DNA of 64,000 nucleotides. Origin: Candidatus Terraquivivens tengchongensis. Its GTDB lineage: Archaea; Thermoproteota; Nitrososphaeria_A; Caldarchaeales; Wolframiiraptoraceae. Under the pieces are notes generated by a model that was not told the origin of the DNA, searched no databases, and was given only the letters and a program-made list of their open reading frames with translations. Within the stretch, counting starts at the first letter, position 1; every line of letters starts with the position of its first letter. A program made the translations under genes and the position numbers. Location of the stretch: contig JALNJZ010000002.1 in NCBI GenBank assembly GCA_023261845.1, positions 64,001-128,000 of the forward strand, read 5' to 3'. This document shows, in pieces, positions 48,307 to 61,282 of the stretch.

Positions 48307-48476
48307 TTTTGAACATGCTGATGTGTTTTTATGCAGACGCACTGTTGACAACGAGTGCGGCAATCTGACATCTGTCTTGTCGTTATTCCGTCTTTATGAG
48401 GTCAGGGAATAGATGGACTTGTTGCTAGATGTTTTAAATAGAATGTATAGACCTAGGCTGACCAGAGTAATGCCCC

Positions 48477-49112
48477 TCATCGCTTGCGATACCTTTCGCT
48501 AGTTACGATATACTCCACGGATTCACCAATGTATGTAGCATGGTCAGCTATCCTCTCTAAATACCGCAAAATCAGCGTTGTAGCCATGTCACATTTCTTT
48601 CCAGATGTCGGATTTCCGATGGCTTGTTTAACAAATCCTATATACGCCTTATCAACTTCGTCGTCCATTAATTCTAATTTTTTAGCCAACTCGACATCTT
48701 TGTTCTTGAAAGCAGTTACACTTATTTGTATCATTTCACATACCTTTTTACCCGTTTTCTGGACTATTTCTTTATTACATTCGCTCAAATCGCCGAACAT
48801 GCTGAGAACCTGAGATATGTCATAAGCATATCTTCCATATCTAAAGAAACCATATGCAATTTCCATACAGGAACGGATGTAGCGAAGGTCGCTTGCAACG
48901 GGTTGGTACCTAGCAATTAACTCCATACTCAACTCTGCCACCTCGTCCTCCAAGATGCGCAGTTGGTTAGATGTCTGAAACACTTCTTTGGAAACATCGC
49001 GTCCGTTCACATACCCCTCGATGGCCATTTCAACGACCTTGCTGCTGATCGATGCCATGTCCAATATCATGTTAGTAAGCTTTTCCAACCCTTCATCCAA
49101 AAGCCTCTTCAA
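48477..49112 (-). CDS. phoU: Phosphate signalling protein PhoU
   Basis: RYQPVASDLR, MDDEVD, RYLERIADHA. Confidence 0.92.
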   Translation of the reverse strand: MKRLLDEGLEKLTNMILDMASISSKVVEMAIEGYVNGRDVSKEVFQTSNQLRILEDEVAELSMELIARYQPVASDLRYIRSCMEIAYGFFRYGRYAYDISQVLSMFGDLSECNKEIVQKTGKKVCEMIQISVTAFKNKDVELAKKLELMDDEVDKAYIGFVKQAIGNPTSGKKCDMATTLILRYLERIADHATYIGESVEYIVTSERYRKR

Positions 49113-49906
49113 ACTTTTACACCATCCAGAACTCTGCCTGTTATGAATAATTCCGTCAACTCATTAGCTGGAGACTTGAGTACGGATGCGGCCGAGCCAA
49201 ACTCTATCAGCTTACCGTTGTAAATAAAGGCTATGAAGTCTGCTATCCTGCCTGCTTGGTCAACGCTATGTGTAACGGCTATAACCGTGTATTTCTCCTT
49301 CAATCGAACCATAAGTTCCTCTATTTTTTTTGTGTTATATAAGTCGAGACCGGTTGTCGGCTCATCAAATAATATAATCTCTGGCTCGAGTGCAAGGGCC
49401 CTTGCGATACAGAGTCTTTGTTGCTGGCCACCGCTTAACCTCCATGCCGCATCATTCAACCTGTCCTTCACCTCATCCCATAAACCGGCCTCTTTTAGTT
49501 TTTCTTCTGCTAACCTCTCCAAGTTTTTCTTACCTTTAGCTATGCCGTTCAGCATGGGTCCTATTGTCATGTTCTTTAAGATTGAGAGATGAGGGAACGG
49601 GTTTGGTTTCTGAAATACGTATCCTACCTTCCGTCTAAGGTAAGATGGATCGAGTGTATAAGCATCATGGAGTTCGTCTCCTATCCTAACCCAGATTTTT
49701 CCTGAAACCTTCACATCCGGTATTAACTCAACAAGCCTGTTGATGCTTCTTAACAACATGGTTTTCCCACTACCTGACGGTCCTATTATGGCGGTAACAG
49801 CATATCTCGGGAAGTCTATGCTGATACCCCTGATTATCTCCTTGTTATTTATGCTAACGCGCAGGTCCCTTACGCTGACGGCTACATTATCCAACAAACT
49901 CTGCAC
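49109..49906 (-). CDS. pstB: Phosphate ABC transporter ATPase
   Basis: GPSGSGKT, FQKPNPF, LSGGQQQRLCIARALA, DEPT. Confidence 0.93.
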   Translation of the reverse strand: MQSLLDNVAVSVRDLRVSINNKEIIRGISIDFPRYAVTAIIGPSGSGKTMLLRSINRLVELIPDVKVSGKIWVRIGDELHDAYTLDPSYLRRKVGYVFQKPNPFPHLSILKNMTIGPMLNGIAKGKKNLERLAEEKLKEAGLWDEVKDRLNDAAWRLSGGQQQRLCIARALALEPEIILFDEPTTGLDLYNTKKIEELMVRLKEKYTVIAVTHSVDQAGRIADFIAFIYNGKLIEFGSAASVLKSPANELTELFITGRVLDGVKV

Positions 49907-49912
49907 TCCCGT

Positions 49913-50761
49913 CTACAATAATTTCTTAGTAAGTCGCCTGGCTAAAAATCCAACCCCCATTACTAGTAGTAAAAGAAACAAGGATGCGGCCCATGCCTGG
50001 GTTTGCCACTCCTTAAATGGTGACGATCCATAGACGTATATAAGGACTGGTATGGACGGTGCTGGCTCGGTCCACTTACTGAACCAGAAGTTGCTGATAC
50101 CGTTGCTGACTATTACGGGTGCGGATTCCCCAATGATCTTCGCAAACCCTATTAGCACGGCGGTAACAACACCGGCCTTAACAGCGGGTAGAAGTATTCG
50201 GAAGATGACTTGGCCGCTAGAAAAGCCAAGAGCATACGCCCCCTCTCTAATTTCGCTAGGTATTGTTAAGAACGTTGCCTCGACACTCCTAGCGACTATT
50301 GGTATCATGATTAAAGCTAGTGCAAGTGATGCAGCGAAGGCTGCCGGACCTGTTGCCAGTATGCCGGTAACTTTTGATGCTAAGAATATGTAGGTAACGA
50401 TTCCGACGAGTATCGTAGGAAACTCAACTAAGATATCGCTCACAAAACGGGCCGCCTTGGCTATGGGGCTGTTCCTGCGTTCAGCCAAATATATGCCAGC
50501 GAACATGCCGGTTGGCACACCTATCAAAAGTGCCAGGCCCAACATGTAAAGAGAGCCTTGGATTGCATGCCCTATGCCCCCGCCTTCAACGCCCGGCGGT
50601 CTGCCTATGTCCGTGAAGAACTCAAGAGGTCTGCTGACGATGTAGTATCCTCCTCTTATGATACATTCAAAAATTATCCAGGCTAGTGGAATGATCAATA
50701 ATAGGAGGGACAGGTATGCTAAACCTGTATAAACAACGTCCCTGAGCTTTTTCAAACTCAT
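49913..50761 (-). CDS. pstA: Phosphate ABC transporter permease PstA
   Basis: GGIGHAIQGS, REGAYALG, IGESAP; start ATG 50761 overlaps pstC stop. Confidence 0.9.
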   Translation of the reverse strand: MSLKKLRDVVYTGLAYLSLLLLIIPLAWIIFECIIRGGYYIVSRPLEFFTDIGRPPGVEGGGIGHAIQGSLYMLGLALLIGVPTGMFAGIYLAERRNSPIAKAARFVSDILVEFPTILVGIVTYIFLASKVTGILATGPAAFAASLALALIMIPIVARSVEATFLTIPSEIREGAYALGFSSGQVIFRILLPAVKAGVVTAVLIGFAKIIGESAPVIVSNGISNFWFSKWTEPAPSIPVLIYVYGSSPFKEWQTQAWAASLFLLLLVMGVGFLARRLTKKLL

Positions 50762-51675
50762 CTCATGTACCCTCCAAGAAGCTTGCCGTATATTAACCTG
50801 GATACGAGGACCATTAAGATCGAAATCACGAAAAGGACCAAACCAAGTCCTATAAGGGCCGCAGCCTCGATACCCGTCGCCTCGGCAAAGTTGTTGATTA
50901 TAAGTGTCGTTAAGGTGCACGCTGGCTCTAAGAGGGATACTGAGAAGCTACACGTGTTACCTATTACCATGGAAACGGCCACGGCCTCCGCCACCGCTCT
51001 TCCAAGTGCCAACATTAGCGCCGCGAATATTCCTGGCTTAATGTAGCTTAATGTAATGCGTATGACTTCCCATTTGGTGAGCCCAAGCGCGTATGCCGCC
51101 TCCTTTATCTCCATAGGCACTAGGCGTAGATTCTCTTTTATGACCGATACGGCAAAAGGTGTTATCATATAGCCGAGCATTAGTGCCGCGGTCAGCTTGT
51201 TATACGCCGTAAGGGTCGTAGTTTGGAATATTGGTATAAAGCCCAAATTTTCTACTAAGAACTTGTAAAGGGTATCGGAGAGGAATGGCCCTAAGCTCGC
51301 AATTCCCCAAAGCCCCATGACGACGCTCGGAACAGCTGCTATCACATCAACAATTATTCCTAATTTCTCCGATAACCATTCGGGTAGCAACTCTGTCATA
51401 GCTACTGCCGCCGCTATACTTACGGGCATGGTGATCAGCAGTGCCAAGCCTGCCGTTGTCAGGGTACCATAAATGGCCGGAAGCGCACCGTATTTCTGTT
51501 CAGATAAGCTCCACTCCCGACCCAAAATGAAATCCAGAAAAGAGAATTTTGAGAAGAACTCAGAAGCACCATAAAGTTCACCAAAGAAGTATAGTGGCAA
51601 GATGAGGGCTAAAAATAAGGCGAAACCTCCTAAAAAAATAAAAATAGATTTTCTTACGATTGTCATACGAACCAA
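50758..51675 (-). CDS. pstC: Phosphate ABC transporter permease PstC
   Basis: YGALPAIYGT, AAVPSVVMGLWG, KEAAYALG, SMVIGN. Confidence 0.92.
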   Translation of the reverse strand: MVRMTIVRKSIFIFLGGFALFLALILPLYFFGELYGASEFFSKFSFLDFILGREWSLSEQKYGALPAIYGTLTTAGLALLITMPVSIAAAVAMTELLPEWLSEKLGIIVDVIAAVPSVVMGLWGIASLGPFLSDTLYKFLVENLGFIPIFQTTTLTAYNKLTAALMLGYMITPFAVSVIKENLRLVPMEIKEAAYALGLTKWEVIRITLSYIKPGIFAALMLALGRAVAEAVAVSMVIGNTCSFSVSLLEPACTLTTLIINNFAEATGIEAAALIGLGLVLFVISILMVLVSRLIYGKLLGGYMR

Positions 51676-51681
51676 CCAACC

Positions 51682-52833
51682 TCATGTCAACCTTATATAA
51701 GATACTCCCTTCAGACCTATCTGCGCAGCGTTATCTGGTAGGGGGGCGTAGCCAGGTACATCGGCGACGTATTTCTGTCCTTTTTGGTATGCCCATGCTA
51801 GGAACTCACGTAGGGCTGCCGCCTTTTCGGGTGAGTTCTCGACATACAGCATAACGTAGCTGAAGCTCACGATGGGGTACGCGTTCGGACTTGGAGGCTC
51901 GAGCTTAATTAATGAAACAGTACTCCAGTCATCAAGGGGGTCTGGCAATTTCAAATGTTCAATAATCGACCTTACTGCCTCCACTACGCTTTCTGTGGAT
52001 GCCTTTACGAAGTTGCCCGCCTTGTTCTGTACCGCAGCATGATTCAGCCCACTCAGCACAGCATACGAGAGTTCTACATAACCTATGCTGTACCGCGTAT
52101 TCTTCACAACTTCAGTGACACCTTCGTTGCCCTTAGCGCCTATGAAGCGTGCCTTTTCAACTTCTTCGTCCGGAAGCTTAAATGATAGGTCCCTCGGAAA
52201 CTTCCCCTTACTAACCTTCTCCAAAAAGTCCGTCCAGATGAACGTCGTTCCGCTCCTGTCCGCCCTGTATACGACGATTATGCCCTTATCCACGTTCTCA
52301 AGTTGCGGATTGAGCTCCACCAATTGGGGATCGTTCCACTTCTTTATGCTCCCATCGAAGATCTTTAGAAGAACCTCCTGCGAGAGCTTAAGCTCGTCCA
52401 AGCCTGGTATGTTGAATATCGCGACAACCGAACCTATAGTTATGGGCATTTGTATGACGCCTCCTCTGACATTCTTCAGTCCCTCCCAATCACTCCTCGT
52501 TAATGGAGCATCGCTGGCCGCGAAATCCACGGCTTGCTCCTTAAGTTTCGCTATTCCCTGCCCGCTGCCTATGCTTTGATAGTCAACGCCGAAAAGACCT
52601 TTTTCTCGCTTGAATTCATAGGCCCATTTCTGCATCAACGGATTAACGAAAGTGGCTCCACCGCCTAAGAGCTTTTCTGGCCACTGGATGGTTGGTGTTG
52701 GGCTAGGAGAGTGCGTAGATGTCGGTGCCGGCTGTTGCCCTCCCAACGTGATCAGGGCCGCTACAGCAACAATCACGACGACCGCGATTATGGTGCCTAA
52801 AACTGCAATCTTTGAGATGCCTTGTTTGTACAC
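51682..52833 (-). CDS. pstS: Phosphate ABC transporter substrate-binding protein
   Basis: N-terminal TM and P/T linker, GGGATF, YQSIGSGQG, FAASDAP, RADRSGTT, IGYVE. Confidence 0.93.
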   Translation of the reverse strand: MYKQGISKIAVLGTIIAVVVIVAVAALITLGGQQPAPTSTHSPSPTPTIQWPEKLLGGGATFVNPLMQKWAYEFKREKGLFGVDYQSIGSGQGIAKLKEQAVDFAASDAPLTRSDWEGLKNVRGGVIQMPITIGSVVAIFNIPGLDELKLSQEVLLKIFDGSIKKWNDPQLVELNPQLENVDKGIIVVYRADRSGTTFIWTDFLEKVSKGKFPRDLSFKLPDEEVEKARFIGAKGNEGVTEVVKNTRYSIGYVELSYAVLSGLNHAAVQNKAGNFVKASTESVVEAVRSIIEHLKLPDPLDDWSTVSLIKLEPPSPNAYPIVSFSYVMLYVENSPEKAAALREFLAWAYQKGQKYVADVPGYAPLPDNAAQIGLKGVSYIRLT

Positions 52834-52942
52834 GTCCTTTTTACCTCAACGGCCAACACAGGTTTTGCCATATATATAGATTATGATCCAAAAATATATT
52901 GAGGTAAAGATATATATAGCGAAATATAGTTGCACCTGTAGT

Positions 52943-53980
52943 ATGGAGCAAGCATACCTCAGAAAAATTCAAATGTCTGGAGGCTCAACATTAATAGTTT
53001 CGCTACCAAAGGAGTGGGTAAGAGCAGTCAATTTGAAAAAGCTTGATGAGGTACTCATGGTGCCGCAACCCGACGGCACGCTCTTCGTTATGCCTTATAA
53101 AAAAGGTGTTGCTAATGAGGCATGTATAGAACCTTCTTCTCAAACCACGGCAGATGAAATCATCAGGGCCTATATATCTTACTACTTGGCGGGTTATGAC
53201 GCCATCAGGATAAAGTTTGAGAGACCGTCGCCCGAGCTTGTTCAAAAGGTCAAAGAAAGCATCAGACGGTGGATTGTTGGTGCAGAGATAGTAGAGGAAT
53301 CTTCGATAGATGTGCTCACAATATGTCTTCCTATACATACAAACCTTCCGTTAAAAAATGCAATCGAAAGGATGGGCAAGATAGCTTCTGCCATGCAAAA
53401 AGAGTCGCTTACGGCATTTATAGAGGGCGATAAGTCTTTGGCACAAGAGATAATTATAAGAGATGACGAAGTTGACAGATTGTACCATTTTGTAGTAAGA
53501 CAACTAAACCTAGCAATTTCCAACCCACTTACGCACCTCTCTTTAGGACTTTCCAGCAGACAAGACTGTCTTGGATACATGCTTGTTGCCAAGAGTATAG
53601 AGAGGGCAGCGGATCATGCGTTGGCTATAGCAGAATCGGTAGGCACCTTAAAAATTAACAATTCCAACATTATGGAGACTATCGAAAATATTGGTAAACT
53701 TTCCAATGAGTTATTTGAAGACGCCCTTTCAGCCCTATTGAAAGGGGATACTAAGCTTGCGAACGATGTTATAGTTAGGACCTATGACTTAGTGAAGAAA
53801 ATAGAGGACATCGAGGTACGGTTGTTATATCCAAAGTACAACGTGCCGTTCGTGATTCTAATAAGGTCGGTACTCAGCAACGTGAAAAGAATATCAGAGT
53901 ATAGTGCGGACATTTCTGAGGTAGCAGTTAACATATCCGTCACGAAGCCTAGGGTAACAATCGACTCCATTTCACACTAG
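52943..53980 (+). CDS. AbrB-PhoU phosphate uptake regulator, divergent from pstS
   Basis: RKIQMSGGSTLIVSLPKEW, RDDEVDRLY, IERAADHA; start set at ATG 52943. Confidence 0.88.
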   Translation: MEQAYLRKIQMSGGSTLIVSLPKEWVRAVNLKKLDEVLMVPQPDGTLFVMPYKKGVANEACIEPSSQTTADEIIRAYISYYLAGYDAIRIKFERPSPELVQKVKESIRRWIVGAEIVEESSIDVLTICLPIHTNLPLKNAIERMGKIASAMQKESLTAFIEGDKSLAQEIIIRDDEVDRLYHFVVRQLNLAISNPLTHLSLGLSSRQDCLGYMLVAKSIERAADHALAIAESVGTLKINNSNIMETIENIGKLSNELFEDALSALLKGDTKLANDVIVRTYDLVKKIEDIEVRLLYPKYNVPFVILIRSVLSNVKRISEYSADISEVAVNISVTKPRVTIDSISH

Positions 53981-54837
53981 ACTTCTGCAACGACTCTGTT
54001 TCTGATGGTTCCTATGTTCTCTATCGATACCTCGACGACATCCCCGACTGATAACAGCTTAGGCTCGGGCTTCATGAAATATCCAACACCAGCCGGTGTG
54101 CCCGTTGATATCATATCGCCCGGCTCAAGGGTCATGACCATGCTCATAGAGGACACTATCCGAGGTATCTTAAACACCATGTTGTTAGTTGACGAGTTTT
54201 GCCTTAACTCGTTGTTCACTTTTGTGAATATCTTAAGCCTATGTGGGTCAGGGATTTCGTCTTTAGTTACAATCCAAGGGCCGCACGGAGCAAAAGTGTC
54301 AAAGCTTTTTCCGCGAGTCCATTGCTTATCGCCAAACTGTATATCTCTCGCTGAAACATCGTTCATTATAGTATAGCCGAAGACATATTCTATCGCATCT
54401 TCTTCACGAATATTCTTGCCACGTTTGCCTATGATGATGACCAACTCGCCCTCGTAGTCAAGCTGCTTAACAATCTTCGGGTAAACAATATCATCGTACG
54501 GTCCTGTAAGGCTAGTCCTTGGCTTAAAGAATATTATTGGCTCAGCAGGTGGTTTTACGCCCTGTTCTTCGGCATGGTCGATGTAGTTTAAACCTAAGCA
54601 GATAATCTTGCCCGGTTTTAAAATTGGTGGTAGAAGATGGAATTTATCCAAAGGCTCGGCATATCTTTGAAATCTTTGCAGATCCTTTCTAAGCACCTCC
54701 ATAAATGCTCTTTCAGCTATGAAATCGATGATGTCATCCGGAAGTTTGGTACCTGTTGTAACCCTTCTCACAAGCTTGCCGTCTAAAACTATGCCATAAT
54801 CTACTTCGTCACCTATCTTGTAACTTGCAATTTTCAT
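53977..54837 (-). CDS. Fumarylacetoacetate hydrolase family protein
   Basis: KIICLGLNY, DYEGEL, NDVSARD, KSFDTFAPCGP, STGTPAGV. Confidence 0.92.
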   Translation of the reverse strand: MKIASYKIGDEVDYGIVLDGKLVRRVTTGTKLPDDIIDFIAERAFMEVLRKDLQRFQRYAEPLDKFHLLPPILKPGKIICLGLNYIDHAEEQGVKPPAEPIIFFKPRTSLTGPYDDIVYPKIVKQLDYEGELVIIIGKRGKNIREEDAIEYVFGYTIMNDVSARDIQFGDKQWTRGKSFDTFAPCGPWIVTKDEIPDPHRLKIFTKVNNELRQNSSTNNMVFKIPRIVSSMSMVMTLEPGDMISTGTPAGVGYFMKPEPKLLSVGDVVEVSIENIGTIRNRVVAEV

Positions 54838-54869
54838 GAATTTAACACCGTGACCTAAGATTAAAACAG

Positions 54870-57787
<2,918 letters not shown>

Positions 57788-57818
57788 CCAACTTAACCTC
57801 AAAACTCTTAAAATACAA

Positions 57819-58529
57819 TTATGCTCTTAAAAACTTTTTGAAATTTTCCGCCACTACTTCTTCAATAACTTCCTTGCTCATGTTTTTTACTTCAGCTATT
57901 ATGTTCAGTGAGCTCTCTACCATCGGTGGCTCGAGCTTCACGCCCCTATATACATATGGACCATCGCTCTCCGTTAATACCGAGCGCACGTCTACTGCCT
58001 TGGCAACTTCCTTATGCCTCTTTTGAATAGCACACATTGGGTTTATCGATACAAAATAACCGACAGACGATATCTTTTCCAACAAATCCAGCGGACCAGT
58101 ATACCAGTGGAAAAGCGCTCTAGGTACGTCATTTTTTAGGAGTATGTCTAAAGCTTTCTGCCAAGCGTCAAGACAGTGCAAGTTCATCGGTAGTGAATAC
58201 TCGTATGCTAGCTTAGTAAAAGTATCAAAGACTTCAAGCTGTCTCTCAAAAGAATCTCTGGCATAACGTCTATCAAGACCGACCTCACCGATGCATTTGA
58301 CATCATGTCTACTAATTAACGTGCAAACGTTTCTAACTTCTTCGTCATTAACTTTTGAAAGCTTCCAAGGATGAACTCCTACAGAGGGGAACACATTATC
58401 GAATTTTTCGCCTAACCTTAGCGCTTCCAAACTCGTATGGTAATCTTCTGCGACAACGATTATGGCTATCGTTCTAAACTTTTCTGGTTTTTCAAACTCG
58501 TAAAGATGAGCATGAGCGTCCACTAACAA
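57819..58529 (-). CDS. tatD: TatD family hydrolase/DNase
   Basis: DAHAH, GVHPW, IGEVGLD, FHWY, TESDGP. Confidence 0.9.
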   Translation of the reverse strand: MLVDAHAHLYEFEKPEKFRTIAIIVVAEDYHTSLEALRLGEKFDNVFPSVGVHPWKLSKVNDEEVRNVCTLISRHDVKCIGEVGLDRRYARDSFERQLEVFDTFTKLAYEYSLPMNLHCLDAWQKALDILLKNDVPRALFHWYTGPLDLLEKISSVGYFVSINPMCAIQKRHKEVAKAVDVRSVLTESDGPYVYRGVKLEPPMVESSLNIIAEVKNMSKEVIEEVVAENFKKFLRA

Positions 58530-58600
58530 TTTTTTCTCGACAAGTCTTCACAATAAACCTGTATTTATATTATTGCAGTCAATGTTTTATTGTGAAAGCC

Positions 58601-59197
58601 TCAACGGTAGGATAATGGTTCGTTCAAGTCTTCGATAATTTTTTCATTCTTTAATCTTTGAGCTGCAACTTCGCTAGCTTCCATCAGTATTTTTCTAACT
58701 TCTTCATCATTAACAGTCGGCTCAACGATCGTATCGCTAACGGTTCCTATGCCGTATATGGCGTCCTCTACTGCTTCCTCTACCTCGCGTATGCTCCTCG
58801 AAGCATTTGGCAATATTCCTGAGAGCTGACCCTTAAGCTCGTCAAGCACGCCCTTGATCGGCGATATGGCCTCACGGAGCTCAGCTACATCGTTAATCGT
58901 CTGAAGCCTATTAATCAGCCCCTCGATAGAAAACTGGCTCTTCATAACAGTGCTCATCGTTTTTCTCATGTTTGATAGTTCATTTGCGTACACTATTGCC
59001 TTATCTTTTTCACTACTCATTAAAGCCTTAACACACGCCTCAAACAGTTCTCTACTCCTAGCTGAGTATTGATTTTGCCTCTGCCGGATTCTCTCGCTTA
59101 TTAGCGTAAGTTTCGTAGTAACCTCATTTAGCTTATCCCTTAGGGGTTTTGGGGGAGATTGTGGTTTTTTACGTCTGAACAAATTAATCAAGTTCAC
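58601..59197 (-). CDS. ESCRT-III/Snf7-like CdvB family protein
   Basis: Coiled-coil with AIVYANELSNMRK, IEGLINRLQT, EEVRKILMEASEVA, as in crenarchaeal/thaumarchaeal CdvB paralogs. Confidence 0.75.
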   Translation of the reverse strand: MNLINLFRRKKPQSPPKPLRDKLNEVTTKLTLISERIRQRQNQYSARSRELFEACVKALMSSEKDKAIVYANELSNMRKTMSTVMKSQFSIEGLINRLQTINDVAELREAISPIKGVLDELKGQLSGILPNASRSIREVEEAVEDAIYGIGTVSDTIVEPTVNDEEVRKILMEASEVAAQRLKNEKIIEDLNEPLSYR

Positions 59198-59289
59198 GGA
59201 CGCTTATGTTTTAATGCGAGATTTAACGGTTTGCACGTCATCCACTATACATCTTATTCATGAATATACGCTAAGAATTCACAGATATT

Positions 59290-60660
59290 CTAATGCCGCA
59301 TCTTATCTAATATCCGTCTCACTACCTTCCAAACGCCGGAACCATACTGAACCGCTAATTTTGGTGCGTTGACAACTTCATCGGGCATGCCAAGTAGCTT
59401 AGCTGCAACTCTCAAGATATGCTTCCGCGAATAACCCGTAACTTCTCTCTTGAGTTTTTCTTCGACGGGTATTCTGAAGGCACATTTAACGACTGTAGTA
59501 TCAAGATACGGATAGGCCGGTTCAATGGAGTTCGCAAGATATACGTTATAATCACGTTCTAAATTCTTTTCATGTAAATGTGAAAAGTCTTTCAATAATT
59601 CGCCCTTAAGAAGCTCATAGCCACCCATTTCTAATGTCCTTTCGTACCTTTTATAGCCTGCGAATATTTCATCAGCACCTTGGCCTACTAAAACATAACT
59701 CAACTTCACCTCTTTAGCTTTGTTTAAAGCAAAGTACAACGGCATGCTAATAGAAACATCAAGCGGGTTACATCTCTCTATAATCTGGGCGATATGCGGT
59801 AACGTTTCTTCAATCTCTTTCTCATTTAATTCGCGTATGTTGATGCGCAACCCAAGCAACTCAGCAATCCTTTTAGCTCTTAAAACGTCCTTGGATGCTA
59901 AAAGACCGGCGCATAGAAGCTCAGGCTCCGCACCTAAATCATCCAATAACTTTGCTATGATAGAGCTATCGAGCCCACCCGAAAACAGGACACCTATGTC
60001 TTTTCTCTTTGTCAGTTTTACGAGTGCACACCTTAATGTTTCCAACAAAATTGATGCAATTTCCTGAGACGATCCAGTGAAGGGTTGAAGTGTTTGAAGC
60101 TCTTCTAAGAGACTGTAAACCTCAAATTCCAGTAAACCATCTTCATCTATAATGGCAACGTGGCATGGTTTAAGCGACTTGACCTCCCGAAAGCCCGCTG
60201 CTAGTAGCACCTTCTGTTCGCTTGCAAAAGCATAACCTCTGCTATCCGATGCAATATAAAGCGGCCTAGTCCCTATAGGATCTCTCATTAGTACGATGTT
60301 TCCATCATATATTATCGCAAACGCGTAACTTCCATCCAAATTTTTCATTTTGCTTATGTCCTGAGCGTTTATCAAGGTGAAGAGCTTTGCGATTTTATGA
60401 GAATCTTCAAGGTTGTATATTTCTCCGTCAAGCGCTATGACAGAACCTTGAAAAATTGATAGTTTGTTTGAACACAAGCAGGTCTTTCCCTTCAGCGCTA
60501 ATTGGTTTAGCCCCTCAATTCCTTTTACATGAAAGAGTTCACCATCCATCCATAAGCTTAGGTTCGACCATTGATAACAACTTGCACTCAACATCCTTAA
60601 GATTATCTTTAAAACATCAACATCCTTTTTGCTCACAAAACCCACAAAAGGGTTAAGCAA
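59290..60660 (-). CDS. asnB: Asparagine synthetase B family protein (N-terminal Cys of the glutaminase domain not evident)
   Basis: DGEIYN, RDPIGTRPLY, FSGGLDSS, GQGADEIFAGY. Confidence 0.8.
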   Translation of the reverse strand: MLNPFVGFVSKKDVDVLKIILRMLSASCYQWSNLSLWMDGELFHVKGIEGLNQLALKGKTCLCSNKLSIFQGSVIALDGEIYNLEDSHKIAKLFTLINAQDISKMKNLDGSYAFAIIYDGNIVLMRDPIGTRPLYIASDSRGYAFASEQKVLLAAGFREVKSLKPCHVAIIDEDGLLEFEVYSLLEELQTLQPFTGSSQEIASILLETLRCALVKLTKRKDIGVLFSGGLDSSIIAKLLDDLGAEPELLCAGLLASKDVLRAKRIAELLGLRINIRELNEKEIEETLPHIAQIIERCNPLDVSISMPLYFALNKAKEVKLSYVLVGQGADEIFAGYKRYERTLEMGGYELLKGELLKDFSHLHEKNLERDYNVYLANSIEPAYPYLDTTVVKCAFRIPVEEKLKREVTGYSRKHILRVAAKLLGMPDEVVNAPKLAVQYGSGVWKVVRRILDKMRH

Positions 60661-60699
60661 ACATCATTCCCTCCAAAACATGGCCTTTATCACTTGCAG

Positions 60700-61107
60700 T
60701 TAATAGATACCTATGACACCGAGTGTTTGGTACCTTCTAAGAAACTCTATGACAAACGATCTATATGTATAATAACCTTCAGCTGATTTGTGTATGCTGG
60801 ATAAACCTAATACTAACCTGAATGCCTCTGCCTCGTTCTTCTCGCCCTTAATTATATAAACTCCCTCTCCTAACTCTTTCCGCTTGATGAAAATTAGCGG
60901 AAGGGAAACATCAAACCCTTTAGGAAGGTTTTTCTTGAATTCTTCCAATTCCCGTTTGTCAAAATAATGCATCGTCCCACCTACAGTCCTGACGCAAGGC
61001 TCATCTAAGCTCAAAAGAACACTAAGAGGAACGGTATAGGCGGGCAACGTCATGTTGATCATCTTGAGTTCATGCTTAAGCCATTCGTCTAATTCATTAG
61101 GGAACAT
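60700..61107 (-). CDS. DUF61/UPF0216-like protein
   Basis: INMTLP...LSVLL...HYFDKREL...LPL pattern. Confidence 0.6.
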   Translation of the reverse strand: MFPNELDEWLKHELKMINMTLPAYTVPLSVLLSLDEPCVRTVGGTMHYFDKRELEEFKKNLPKGFDVSLPLIFIKRKELGEGVYIIKGEKNEAEAFRLVLGLSSIHKSAEGYYTYRSFVIEFLRRYQTLGVIGIY

Positions 61108-61163
61108 GTGCTTATATGTTTAGTTTGTGTCGCTTGTTATAAGCTTATTACATAACATGTTAG

Positions 61164-61237
61164 TGGGGCCGCTGGGATTCGAACCCAGGACCTCGCGGGC
61201 CCGAGCCGCGAATCATACCATGCTAGACTACGGCCCC
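61164..61237 (-). tRNA. tRNA-Pro(CGG), intronless, CCA not encoded
   Basis: GGGGCCG/CGGCCCC acceptor, anticodon stem CGCGG/CCGCG with loop CT-CGG-GC, T arm CTGGG TTCGAAT CCCAG. Confidence 0.95.
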
Positions 61238-61282
61238 TTACCAACACGATCAGCTTACCAAAAGTTAAGCTTTCTGCCAGAT

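Noticed and set aside
50762-50920. N-terminal extension of the PstA ORF
   Set aside because: Overlaps the pstC coding region; the ATGA-coupled start at 50761 is more plausible
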